Shown piece by piece: positions 30,130 to 38,424 of a DNA stretch of 64,000 nucleotides. The stretch comes from an uncultured Planctomycetia bacterium (GTDB lineage Bacteria; Omnitrophota; Gorgyraeia; VGKH01; JBHPFN01): NCBI GenBank assembly GCA_964406665.1, contig CAYOSQ010000002.1, forward strand, positions 118,219 to 182,218. The letters run 5' to 3'. The translations under genes were made by a program, and so were the position numbers. Positions within the stretch are counted from its first letter, which is position 1; every line of letters starts with the position of its first letter. The notes beneath the pieces were generated by a model. The model was not told the origin of the DNA and did not search any database. It saw nothing but the letters and a program-made list of their open reading frames with translations.

Positions 30130-30758
30130 GGTTTTTTGTGTAGTCTTTGTTTGTATATTTCGTTTAAGAGTTCTTCGCTTGAGTTGGTTCCAGCATTTCT
30201 TTCAAGCGCCTTGGCTATCATTTCTTTAGCCTCTTGTTTCTTATACTGCAGTTGAAGTAAAAGTTGCAAAACTTCATTCTGAATATCTTCAGGAATTGCT
30301 GAAGCAGTTTTTACTTTTTTATCTTTGATTAATCCGAATTTGCCAATTTTACCCTGCAGCTTCGCAATAATTTCTCGTGCTCTTTGTTGTCCGATACCAG
30401 GTAATGATTTAAGCATGGCTACGTCTGATTCGTCAATTGCATTTACAATTTCTGAAATTGGACGATTAATTGCTTTTGCAGCAGCCCTAGGTCCAATCCC
30501 GGAAACTGTTATAAATTGTTCAAAGAACTCTTTTTCAACTTCGTTGCAAAATCCTATTAAAACAGGAGTACTTTTTGTTTGATCAGTTTGGTAATAATGA
30601 TAGGTTATGAGGTTGATGTTTCCATCTGAATCGACGTTATCATCTACTCTATTCATTACAGTCGGCGGAATCAAAACCTCATAGCAGAATCCTTGAACAT
30701 CAATATACAAGGAATTAGTGCCTTTTTTAGCAAGCTTTCCTTTTATTTTAGCGATCAT
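30126..30758 (-). CDS. ruvA: Holliday junction DNA helicase RuvA.
   Basis: OB domain, HhH pair (LPGIGQQRAREII) and a C-terminal domain III. Confidence 0.85.
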   Translation of the reverse strand: MIAKIKGKLAKKGTNSLYIDVQGFCYEVLIPPTVMNRVDDNVDSDGNINLITYHYYQTDQTKSTPVLIGFCNEVEKEFFEQFITVSGIGPRAAAKAINRPISEIVNAIDESDVAMLKSLPGIGQQRAREIIAKLQGKIGKFGLIKDKKVKTASAIPEDIQNEVLQLLLQLQYKKQEAKEMIAKALERNAGTNSSEELLNEIYKQRLHKKP

Positions 30759-31237
30759 AAGCTAACCCTTGAGATATTAACATGAGCAAGTGCTATTGCT
30801 ATTGCATCAGTAACATCATCTTTAATTTTTTGGCTTCTGAGATTAAGCGTCATTTGAACCATGTTTTGAACCTGTGATTTTGTAGCATTGCCTCTTCCGA
30901 CAATAGATTTCTTTATTCGTGTTGCACCGTATTCAATTAAATTAATCTTTTCCTGTGCAGCAAGAAGACAAATCGTTCCTCTCACGTGTCCAAGCAGACA
31001 AGCGGTAGTCGGATGTCGATAATGAGCATAAAGTTTTTCCAAGACTAAAACTTTTGGTTTGTGTGTATTTAAAATCTCTTTCAAAGAGCTGTGAATCTTA
31101 ATCAACCTTGATTCTATCGCGGTGTTACTGGAAGTGCTAATATATCCGGCTTCAATTAGTTTAACTTGATTACCTGTTTGCTCTATTAAGCCATAACCAG
31201 TGGTTATTAATCCAGGATCTATTCCTAAAATCTTCAT
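30755..31237 (-). CDS. ruvC: Holliday junction resolvase RuvC.
   Basis: MKILGIDPGLITTGYG RNase H-fold resolvase. Confidence 0.9.
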   Translation of the reverse strand: MKILGIDPGLITTGYGLIEQTGNQVKLIEAGYISTSSNTAIESRLIKIHSSLKEILNTHKPKVLVLEKLYAHYRHPTTACLLGHVRGTICLLAAQEKINLIEYGATRIKKSIVGRGNATKSQVQNMVQMTLNLRSQKIKDDVTDAIAIALAHVNISRVSL

Positions 31238-31242
31238 TCTTT

Positions 31243-31995
31243 TTAAGATCCGGCAGATTGCTCAAGAACGTCATCTGGAATATCAAAGTTAGCATGAACA
31301 GCTTGAACATCATCATGCTCTTCAAGAGCTTCAACTAAATTGAGCACTGCTTTAACATCTGACCCGGTAACTTTTATGGTAGAACTTGGAATCATTGTCA
31401 GTTCTGCAGAATCAGCCTCAATATTGTTTTGCTTCAGAGCTTCTTTTACTTTTTCGAAATCCGGAACTGGAATCGTAATTTCATAATTTTTATCTTCTGA
31501 CTTCATATCTTCAGCTCCAGCCTCAAGCACTATATCCATCAGCTTTTCTTCCTCAATCTTCGATTTATCTACTAATATATATCCTTTTTGCGTAAACATC
31601 CAACTAGTACTTCCTGCACCAGCCATGTTGCCGCTTTTCTTAGAAAAAAGATTTCTTAGTTCTGCGCTGGTTCGGTTTTTGTTATCGGTTAATGCTTCTA
31701 CAAGCAAAGCAACCCCTCCTTGGGCATATCCTTCATAAACAACAGACTCATAAGTAACGCCGGGGAGTTCACCTGTGCCTTTTTTAATTGCTCTATCAAT
31801 GTTGTCTAAAGGCATGTTGCTTTCTTTTGCCTTAGCTACAGCAGAGCGTAATCTAGCATTAGTATCAGTGCTTCCGCCGCCTTCTCTTGCGGCAACACTA
31901 ATTTCTTTAATTAATTTTGTGAACAGCTGGCCTCTTTTTGCATCAGCAGCTGATTTTTTGTGTTTGATGCTTGCCCATTTTGAATGTCCTGACAT
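31243..31995 (-). CDS. yebC: YebC/PmpR-family transcriptional regulator.
   Basis: MSGHSKWASIKHKK N-terminus. Confidence 0.9.
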   Translation of the reverse strand: MSGHSKWASIKHKKSAADAKRGQLFTKLIKEISVAAREGGGSTDTNARLRSAVAKAKESNMPLDNIDRAIKKGTGELPGVTYESVVYEGYAQGGVALLVEALTDNKNRTSAELRNLFSKKSGNMAGAGSTSWMFTQKGYILVDKSKIEEEKLMDIVLEAGAEDMKSEDKNYEITIPVPDFEKVKEALKQNNIEADSAELTMIPSSTIKVTGSDVKAVLNLVEALEEHDDVQAVHANFDIPDDVLEQSAGS

Positions 31996-32120
31996 TCTCT
32001 CCTCCTTAAATTAAAATAATAAAGAAAAAATAAATCAAATTATTTTAACCACATATAAAAAAAGGATGATGATTTTTAAATTTAATCAGATTGAATTGTT
32101 TCTTTTTCATTACTATTTTT

Positions 32121-32560
32121 GTAGGGAGCAGGTTTTTTTTTCTCGCGATTGGCAGGTAAGCCGAGTTCTGTTGTTCGTCCGATTTTTGCGGACTAGATGA
32201 TCATTTATCTCGCCTCTGTGTTGCCACAGAGATCTTGCAGCCTACCCTCGCGACGATCTTTTAAAAAGATACGAGCGGGCCACTCTTCATCCAAAATGGA
32301 TTCATCGCGACTATTTAGCCTTGCTCAGCGCAGAGATTGCCTCGTTTCACTAACCTGATAACACAGGTTACTCGTCTCTGTGGCTCTACTTCTCATGAAG
32401 AGAAGCTACTTTAAAAAGTATATCCTACCCCAGAAAAGTTAACTGGGGCGTCCCGATTTTATCAGGATGCGCCGCCCTCTTGAGCCCGGACTTTCCTGCC
32501 CGACGCGTTGTCGGACTAATCATCTTTCCTGCCCGCGCAGAAAACATAACCTGCTCCTTT
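32121..32560 (-). ncRNA. rnpB: RNase P RNA (bacterial type).
   Basis: The reverse complement contains the universal P4 strands GGAAAGUCCGGGCUC and ACAGAACUCGGCUUA, with a P3-like hairpin GUCCGACAACGCGUCGGGC. Long-range pairing between 5' GGAGCAGGUU and 3' AACCUGCUCC forms P1. Local GC is much higher than the flanks. The ends are approximate. Confidence 0.85.
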
Positions 32561-32949
32561 ACAGCCTGCGTTGCTAAAAAATCAGCGTTTTGATTCTTTT
32601 CTCTGACAATATGAGTTATTTCAAAATGCTTAAAACCAGTAATCGCATGTGTAGCTATTTCAAAAAGGAATTTTATATTTGGATTTTTGACCTTGTATTC
32701 TTTATTTATTTGCTTAGCTAAAAGCTGACTGTCTGTTTTCACGGAAACATGCTTAGCTTTAAGAATGAGCGCGGCTTGTAAAGAAAATATTAAGGCAACA
32801 TATTCAGCAACATTATTTGTCGTATATCCGATATATCTGCCAAATTCTTTGACAACTTTATTATTTTTTAAAATAACAACGCCAACCCCAGCTAGGCCTG
32901 GATTTCCCTTTGAGGCACCATCAATAAAAATTTCAAATTTTTCTTTCAC
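32425..32949 (-). CDS. rnhA: RNase H (type 1, RNase HI-like).
   Basis: IFIDGASKGNPGLAGVGVVI...NNVAEYVALI...KTDSQLL; the RNase H fold ends near residue ~133. The last ~40 codons of the ORF run into the 5' part of rnpB. Confidence 0.7.
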   Translation of the reverse strand: MKEKFEIFIDGASKGNPGLAGVGVVILKNNKVVKEFGRYIGYTTNNVAEYVALIFSLQAALILKAKHVSVKTDSQLLAKQINKEYKVKNPNIKFLFEIATHAITGFKHFEITHIVREKNQNADFLATQAVKEQVMFSARAGKMISPTTRRAGKSGLKRAAHPDKIGTPQLTFLG

Positions 32950-33671
32950 TGTTCATCCTCTATAAATAAAATCCTGGCACAAGCTTCGCAAACTACTATG
33001 CGATCTTTCATTTTAATTTCATTAACAATCTGTGGTGTTACGGTTAAGTGACAACCCATGCAAGCAAAATCTTTAACAGGGCTTAACGCATGTCCATCTC
33101 GACTAATCAATATTTTCTCATACTGAGAAAGAATGGTTCTTTCAATATCGGGTAGAATTTGAGACCTTTGAGCTTCAAATTTTTTTAGAGCTTCTCCTAT
33201 TTCTTTTATTCTGTCGTCAACTTCTTTCTTTTGTGAATTAAAAACCTGCTCTTCCTCATTAAGCCTTGTCTGCTCCGTAGTTATTTTATCACCAAGAGAG
33301 TCCACTTGGTCAAAATTATTTAGAATCTCTTCTTCAAGCACAGACTTATCAGCTTTTGCAGAATCAATCTCTGAGAGCATGGCTGAATATTCTTTATTAG
33401 TTTTTAGTGCAGATAATTGATTATTTAACTTGGCTATTCCTTCTTCTTTTGACAAAAGCTGATTTTCTTTATCTTTTCTGTTTACTAAAAGCTGTTTTTT
33501 CTGTTCTTCGAGTTCTTTCAAATGAGCTTTTTTTGCTTCAAATTGTTCTTTTAATTCAGCAATTTTAGCGGGTTTTTCTTCTTTTTCTTGATTCAAGGAA
33601 TAAATCTGAGAATCGATTTCTTGTAAATCTATTAGTTTTTCTATTTGTTCCTTGAAATTTATACTATTCAC
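32946..33671 (-). CDS. Zinc-ribbon coiled-coil protein (COG1579-like, C4 zinc ribbon).
   Basis: A long coiled coil is followed by CMGCHLTVTPQ...VCEACARIL. The ATG at 33725 in the ORF track lies inside tRNA-Val. The likely real start is the GTG at 33671, which is preceded by AGGAAA. Confidence 0.6.
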   Translation of the reverse strand: MNSINFKEQIEKLIDLQEIDSQIYSLNQEKEEKPAKIAELKEQFEAKKAHLKELEEQKKQLLVNRKDKENQLLSKEEGIAKLNNQLSALKTNKEYSAMLSEIDSAKADKSVLEEEILNNFDQVDSLGDKITTEQTRLNEEEQVFNSQKKEVDDRIKEIGEALKKFEAQRSQILPDIERTILSQYEKILISRDGHALSPVKDFACMGCHLTVTPQIVNEIKMKDRIVVCEACARILFIEDEQ

Positions 33672-33691
33672 AAATTTCCTTTTTTTCAATA

Positions 33692-33765
33692 TGGGCGATA
33701 CAGGATTTGAACCTGTGACCTCCACAATGTGAGTGTGGCGCTCTAACCAACTGAGCTAACCGCCC
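33692..33765 (-). tRNA. tRNA-Val (anticodon CAC).
   Basis: I folded the cloverleaf by hand. The acceptor pairs GGGCGGU/AUCGCCC, the anticodon stem CCACA/UGUGG, and the anticodon loop is CUCACAU. The T-loop is GGUUCAAAUCC. The 3' CCA is not encoded. Confidence 0.9.
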
Positions 33766-33781
33766 TCCTAATAGTATTCTC

Positions 33782-33855
33782 TGGGCCCAAGAGGACTCGA
33801 ACCTCTGACCAGCTGATTATGAGTCAGCTGCTCTAACCGACTGAGCTATGGGCCC
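33782..33855 (-). tRNA. tRNA with anticodon CAU. It is an elongator tRNA-Met or a tRNA-Ile2 (lysidine).
   Basis: Acceptor GGGCCCA/UGGGCCC (G1-C72, so not an initiator). The anticodon loop is CUCAUAA and the T-loop is GGUUCGAGUCC. C4-G69 and C5-G68, together with the anticodon stem GCUGA, resemble tRNA-Ile2. Confidence 0.85.
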
Positions 33856-33972
33856 TGATTATCTTAAACTGAAAAATTATTATACTTGCTTTCTGAGCCT
33901 ATGTAAAGTTTTTTATTACAATAATTTAAATAAACTTTAAGTGTAGTTTTTTGGGGAGATTTAAAGAAATTG

Positions 33973-34560
33973 TTATCTGGCAGAAACTCCGGGCAAACGT
34001 ACCGAAGTAGATATTTCAATTCGTGGATTTTCGATTGATTCTGGTTGCGAAAAATCATCCAAAGCAGCTATGGAAAAATTAATAAAGGGAGACGACGAGT
34101 CTCCAGTATCGTCAAAATTTACAGAAATGATATTGTTCGCAATAATATCATAGTTTAAGCCAGAATCATGGGAAACTCGAAACTGTCCGTTTCCAGCATT
34201 GTAATCGTAAAGTATGCTATAGGTATCAGCTGCATCAACTTTTCCATCATAGGGAAAACTATCTGGTCTAATTTGAACACCTTCACCACCTGCAACTATC
34301 ATAACCCCACGCATAGATCCGTCTCCGGGATCAAGCGCACCATAGCCAATAGCCTTGACTAAATCAGAAACAACACTTTCTGTTGCCAAGCCAACTTCAT
34401 TGGCTATTTGAGATTGTTTGCTGGCATTATGAAGCATTCGCCTGGCAACGATATCAACGCTTGTAGCAGCTCCGATTGCAAGCGCAATTAGACCAGCCGC
34501 AATTATAAGCTCTGTTAATGTAATACCTTTTTTATTAGAGAAGTGTTTAATTTGGCTCAT
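33973..34560 (-). CDS. Type IV pilin-like protein (minor pilin/pseudopilin) with a prepilin N-terminal cleavage/methylation motif.
   Basis: N-terminus KKGITLTELIIAAGLIALAIG, which is a class III signal with Ile in place of Phe. Confidence 0.6.
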   Translation of the reverse strand: MSQIKHFSNKKGITLTELIIAAGLIALAIGAATSVDIVARRMLHNASKQSQIANEVGLATESVVSDLVKAIGYGALDPGDGSMRGVMIVAGGEGVQIRPDSFPYDGKVDAADTYSILYDYNAGNGQFRVSHDSGLNYDIIANNIISVNFDDTGDSSSPFINFSIAALDDFSQPESIENPRIEISTSVRLPGVSAR

Positions 34561-34996
34561 CCCAGGAAATAATTATTTCAACTTTACGCATCGGCTCGCC
34601 AGCAAAAGGCTCGGTAACTTCATATATCACAGATAAGTTTTCAACATTAGTTTTAAGCGGGTGATCTGCCGGAACAGAACCAGCAATTTCTGTTGGAACG
34701 CCCAGCGGCCATAATGGATTTGCTGCATTCTCCCAGAGCTCTGCTCCAACGCCTCTGTTAAAATTTTCTAGAAAATCAGTTGCTAAAGTTGCAGCTTGAA
34801 GTCTACGTTGTGACCGGCTGATAAATTTATTTGCTGCAACAAAAGCACCAATAATTCCTGCTGTAACAGTTGCCAGAAGAATCATTGAGATTAGTATTTC
34901 AATTAGAGTAAACCCTGCCAAACGGTTGTTTTTCGCTAACCGCAAAGCAGGGTTTAATATTTTTTTTCTTAAATCTTTGCTTTTCAAATTACGCAA
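34547..34996 (-). CDS. Type IV pilin/pseudopilin.
   Basis: AGFTLIEILISMILLATVTAGIIG follows an unusually long basic leader of ~28 aa. Confidence 0.65.
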   Translation of the reverse strand: MRNLKSKDLRKKILNPALRLAKNNRLAGFTLIEILISMILLATVTAGIIGAFVAANKFISRSQRRLQAATLATDFLENFNRGVGAELWENAANPLWPLGVPTEIAGSVPADHPLKTNVENLSVIYEVTEPFAGEPMRKVEIIISWDEPN

Positions 34997-34999
34997 TGA

Positions 35000-35386
35000 T
35001 TAAAAAGCGTTTAGAAATGTTCCAGTACCAGAAAGAGATCCGTCTCCACACATTATAACAGTTCCTCCTGCTGCTTCTGTCCAAGTAGCAGTAAGAGTAA
35101 AGTCAGCACTAGCGCATGCTCCAGGTACGACAATTCCATAAGTGAACGCGGCTCCGCCAGCGATATCAGGATCTTCTATATCCAAATCACCTTTATTAGC
35201 AGTATAGGAATTGTTTACGGCAAAATAGCGGAATTCAGCACTTCTTAAAGCTCCAAGGTTTAAAACAGCTTCTGAAGCTGTTGCCTTTCTGGTTGTGTCA
35301 ATAAACCTAGGTAGTGCCATGCTGGCTAAGATACCAATAATAATTACAACTATAATCAACTCTAACAACGTAAAACCTTTTTTCAT
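35000..35386 (-). CDS. pilA: Type IV major pilin candidate (PilA/GspG-like).
   Basis: MKKGFTLLELIIVVIIIGILA prepilin signal on a 128-aa protein with a C-terminal Cys pair (GACASADF...IMCGDG). Confidence 0.8.
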   Translation of the reverse strand: MKKGFTLLELIIVVIIIGILASMALPRFIDTTRKATASEAVLNLGALRSAEFRYFAVNNSYTANKGDLDIEDPDIAGGAAFTYGIVVPGACASADFTLTATWTEAAGGTVIMCGDGSLSGTGTFLNAF

Positions 35387-35472
35387 CTTTCCTCCTTTTA
35401 AGTTTTTTATATATTAAAAAATATAATTATTGTCCTATTGTTTTGTTTAGCTACCACCTCCTTTTGTTTGCC

Positions 35473-36705
35473 CTATCCTCCAAAACCACGCATTGTTGCC
35501 ATGTTAATTATCGGCAAAAACATGGAAATTACAATAACACCAACAAGCAGTCCCATAATTACCAAAGCAATTGGTTCAAATAAAGTTGTCAGACGTTCAG
35601 TGAAAGTATCAACGTATTCTTCGTAAAACTGAGCGATTCTTTTAAGCATGTTGCCTAAATCGCCAGTTTCTTCTCCGATCATGATCATCTGCACAACCAT
35701 TGGTGGAAAGAATCCACTTTTAATCATAGGGTCTACAACAAGTTTCCCCTCACGAACATTATTTTTAATATCCTCAACAACTTTTCCCATGATGCCTTCA
35801 CCCATCATTCTCTGTGTTATTTCTAATGTGTAAAGTATGGGAACTCCACTTTCTATTAAAATAGACATTTGTGAAGTAAACCGTTCAATCATTGCAACTT
35901 TAAAAAAGTTTCCAAAGAGCGGAATTTTAAAAGTAATAGCTTCTATAGTTCTTCTGCCGATTGCTGTCTTGGCATATCTTTGAACAGCATAGATTATAGC
36001 ACAAAAACCTAAAATCAATAACAAAAATTTATTTCTTACAAATTCGAAAAATCCCAAGACTCCCAATGTTAAAGCAGGCAATTGCATGTTTAGCGATTCA
36101 AATATTTTATCGAACGTCGGGATAATCTTATAAGCAAAAAAGGCAACTGCGCCACAACAGAGAACAACAAGTATTACTGGGTAGAACATAGCGGATACAA
36201 CCTTGCCTTGAAAAGCAGCTTTTTTTTCAAGATATACTGCCATTCTATTTAAAACCTGAGGAAGGGTTCCCGAGGCTTCGCCGACTTCACTTAAACTAAC
36301 CCAAAATTGATCAAAAACTTTGGGATATTTTGCTAAGCCACTACTTAACGAAAGACCTCTTTCTAAATCCTTTTTTAGGCTCACCAAAGTTTCCTGCAGC
36401 TTTTTACTTTCCACCTGAAGACTTATTATGTCAATACTTCTTAATAAGGTGACTCCCGCATCAAGCATAGTAGCAAGCTGTCGAGCAAAAGTTACTAAAT
36501 CTCGAAGATTAAGGTTGCCACGTTTAGCTTTTTTTCCAATGACCGTTGTTTGTTTTTTTGGTTCCTTTGCTTCTGGCTCGATTCTGATAACAAAATAACC
36601 TTTTGATTGCAGAGATTGAGCTAGTGCTTCTTTAGTTTTAGCTTCTTCAGAAGCAGTTATTCTTTTACCTGTGTTATCTGTTATCGTGTATGAAAATCTT
36701 GGCAT
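35473..36705 (-). CDS. pilC: Type IV pilus platform protein PilC (GspF family).
   Basis: Two T2SSF repeats and 3 TM segments in a 410-aa protein. Confidence 0.9.
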   Translation of the reverse strand: MPRFSYTITDNTGKRITASEEAKTKEALAQSLQSKGYFVIRIEPEAKEPKKQTTVIGKKAKRGNLNLRDLVTFARQLATMLDAGVTLLRSIDIISLQVESKKLQETLVSLKKDLERGLSLSSGLAKYPKVFDQFWVSLSEVGEASGTLPQVLNRMAVYLEKKAAFQGKVVSAMFYPVILVVLCCGAVAFFAYKIIPTFDKIFESLNMQLPALTLGVLGFFEFVRNKFLLLILGFCAIIYAVQRYAKTAIGRRTIEAITFKIPLFGNFFKVAMIERFTSQMSILIESGVPILYTLEITQRMMGEGIMGKVVEDIKNNVREGKLVVDPMIKSGFFPPMVVQMIMIGEETGDLGNMLKRIAQFYEEYVDTFTERLTTLFEPIALVIMGLLVGVIVISMFLPIINMATMRGFGG

Positions 36706-36708
36706 TTT

Positions 36709-38421
36709 TTAAACCTCTCCGTATGTTACGCTTAAAACTTCTTCTAAGCTAGTAATTCCTGCCTCTACTTTTTTTATACCATTGTCAAAAAGAGACATCA
36801 TACCGGCTTTTCTTGCCTCAGCCTTAACTGTTTGATAATCTACTTTCTTTCGAATGAGACTCTTGATGGAATCAGTAACCGCCATAACTTCACCTAGTAA
36901 AACTCTACCCTTGTAACCAATCTGATTGCATTCCTCACAACCCTTGGCGCGATAAATCGGTCCCTGAGCATTAATTTTGATATCGCCTAAATCATCAGGC
37001 TTTGGTTCGTAGGCCTCTTTACATTTTGGACACAATCTTCTAGCAAGTCGCTGTGCAACAATACACAATAGAGAAGGCATTAAAAGATATGGCTCAACCC
37101 CGATATCTAATAGTCTTGTTACAGCAGATGGTGCATCGTTAGTATGCAAGGTGCTCAATACCATGTGTCCGGTTAAAGATGCTCTAACGCATATTTGAGC
37201 GGTTTCTAAATCTCTGATTTCGCCTACCATTATTACATCAGGATCTTGGCGCAAAAATGAACGCAATGCTGAAGCAAAAGTTAAGCCAATTTCTGGCCGA
37301 ATTTGTACCTGATTTATATCTTCGAGACGATATTCAACTGGATCTTCGATGGTGATTATATTCATTTTGGGATTAACAACTTCATTTAATCCAGCATAAA
37401 GAGTTGTTGTTTTTCCGCTTCCGGTTTGTCCAGTTAAAAGAACAAGGCCGCACATAGAATGAATTGATCTTCTAAAAACCTCAAGCTGCTTTGGTTCAAA
37501 TCCAAGAACAGATAAATCTAAAGGAGCATTCCCTTTATCTAGAATTCTTATTACAACTTTTTCTCCATATATTGTGGGAATACAAGAAACTCTTAAATCA
37601 ACAACGCGATCTTCCAGCTTTACAATAAAAGCTCCATCTTGAGGTAATCTTTTTTCTGCGATATCAAGCTTTGTTAAAATCTTTATTCTTGAGACCAAAG
37701 GCAAGTGCAAATGTTTTGCCGGAGGAGGTATTTCATAAAGAATACCATCAATCCTATATCTAAGGTTGATTTTTTCTTTAAAAGGTTCTATGTGGATATC
37801 AGAGGCTCTTTCATCAATTGCTTGTCTTATTATCAAATCAACCAATTTAACAACCGGAGCTTCTTCTGCTCTGGCAATTAATTTATCAAGGCTCAACTCT
37901 TCGTGTTCAAAAACCCTGTCTTCGATTGAGGTTTCTACCCCATATGACTCCTTGACTGCTTCTCCAAGCATATTTGTTTTAGAATAAAAATCTTCAATCG
38001 CTTTTAGAATATCGGTTCTGGGTGCAACAACGAGGTTAATTTCGCAGCCAGTAAGCTTTTTTAAATTATCAATAAGAATTACATTTAGTGGATCAAAGAT
38101 AGCGCAGGTTAAAGAATTCAAATTTCTTGATAAAGGTAAAACAAGATTTTTTTGAGCAAAATCTTTTGTTATCAATTGATCCAGTTCTTGATCTTGAGAC
38201 GGAGTTAGCAAACCAGAACTTTTTGAAGCATAGGGAATCGAAAGCTGTTTTCCTAGAGCAGCTACCATGTCTTCTTCTTTTATTATACCGAGTCTAATTA
38301 GCACTTCTCCGATACGTCCACCTTCTTGCTTTTGGGCAGACATAGCTTTTTCCAGCTGCTCTGAAGAAATGAGATTTTGCTTAATTAATATTTCGCCAAG
38401 TCTTAAATGTGTTTTTGTCAT
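36709..38421 (-). CDS. pilB: Type IV pilus assembly ATPase PilB, paralog 3, with a canonical MshEN c-di-GMP-binding N-domain.
   Basis: Walker A LTGQTGSGKTTT, a tetracysteine CPKCKEA...CEECNQIGYKGR, and N-terminal motifs RLGEILIKQNLISSEQLEKAMSAQ and RIGEVLIRLGIIKEEDMVAALGKQ. Confidence 0.9.
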   Translation of the reverse strand: MTKTHLRLGEILIKQNLISSEQLEKAMSAQKQEGGRIGEVLIRLGIIKEEDMVAALGKQLSIPYASKSSGLLTPSQDQELDQLITKDFAQKNLVLPLSRNLNSLTCAIFDPLNVILIDNLKKLTGCEINLVVAPRTDILKAIEDFYSKTNMLGEAVKESYGVETSIEDRVFEHEELSLDKLIARAEEAPVVKLVDLIIRQAIDERASDIHIEPFKEKINLRYRIDGILYEIPPPAKHLHLPLVSRIKILTKLDIAEKRLPQDGAFIVKLEDRVVDLRVSCIPTIYGEKVVIRILDKGNAPLDLSVLGFEPKQLEVFRRSIHSMCGLVLLTGQTGSGKTTTLYAGLNEVVNPKMNIITIEDPVEYRLEDINQVQIRPEIGLTFASALRSFLRQDPDVIMVGEIRDLETAQICVRASLTGHMVLSTLHTNDAPSAVTRLLDIGVEPYLLMPSLLCIVAQRLARRLCPKCKEAYEPKPDDLGDIKINAQGPIYRAKGCEECNQIGYKGRVLLGEVMAVTDSIKSLIRKKVDYQTVKAEARKAGMMSLFDNGIKKVEAGITSLEEVLSVTYGEV

Positions 38422-38424
38422 TTT

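Noticed and set aside
33864-34058. A 64-aa minus-strand ORF between the tRNA pair and the pilin-like gene.
   Set aside because: It overlaps the 3' end of the 195-aa pilin-like CDS in another frame. It has no RBS or recognisable motif. It is most likely spurious.
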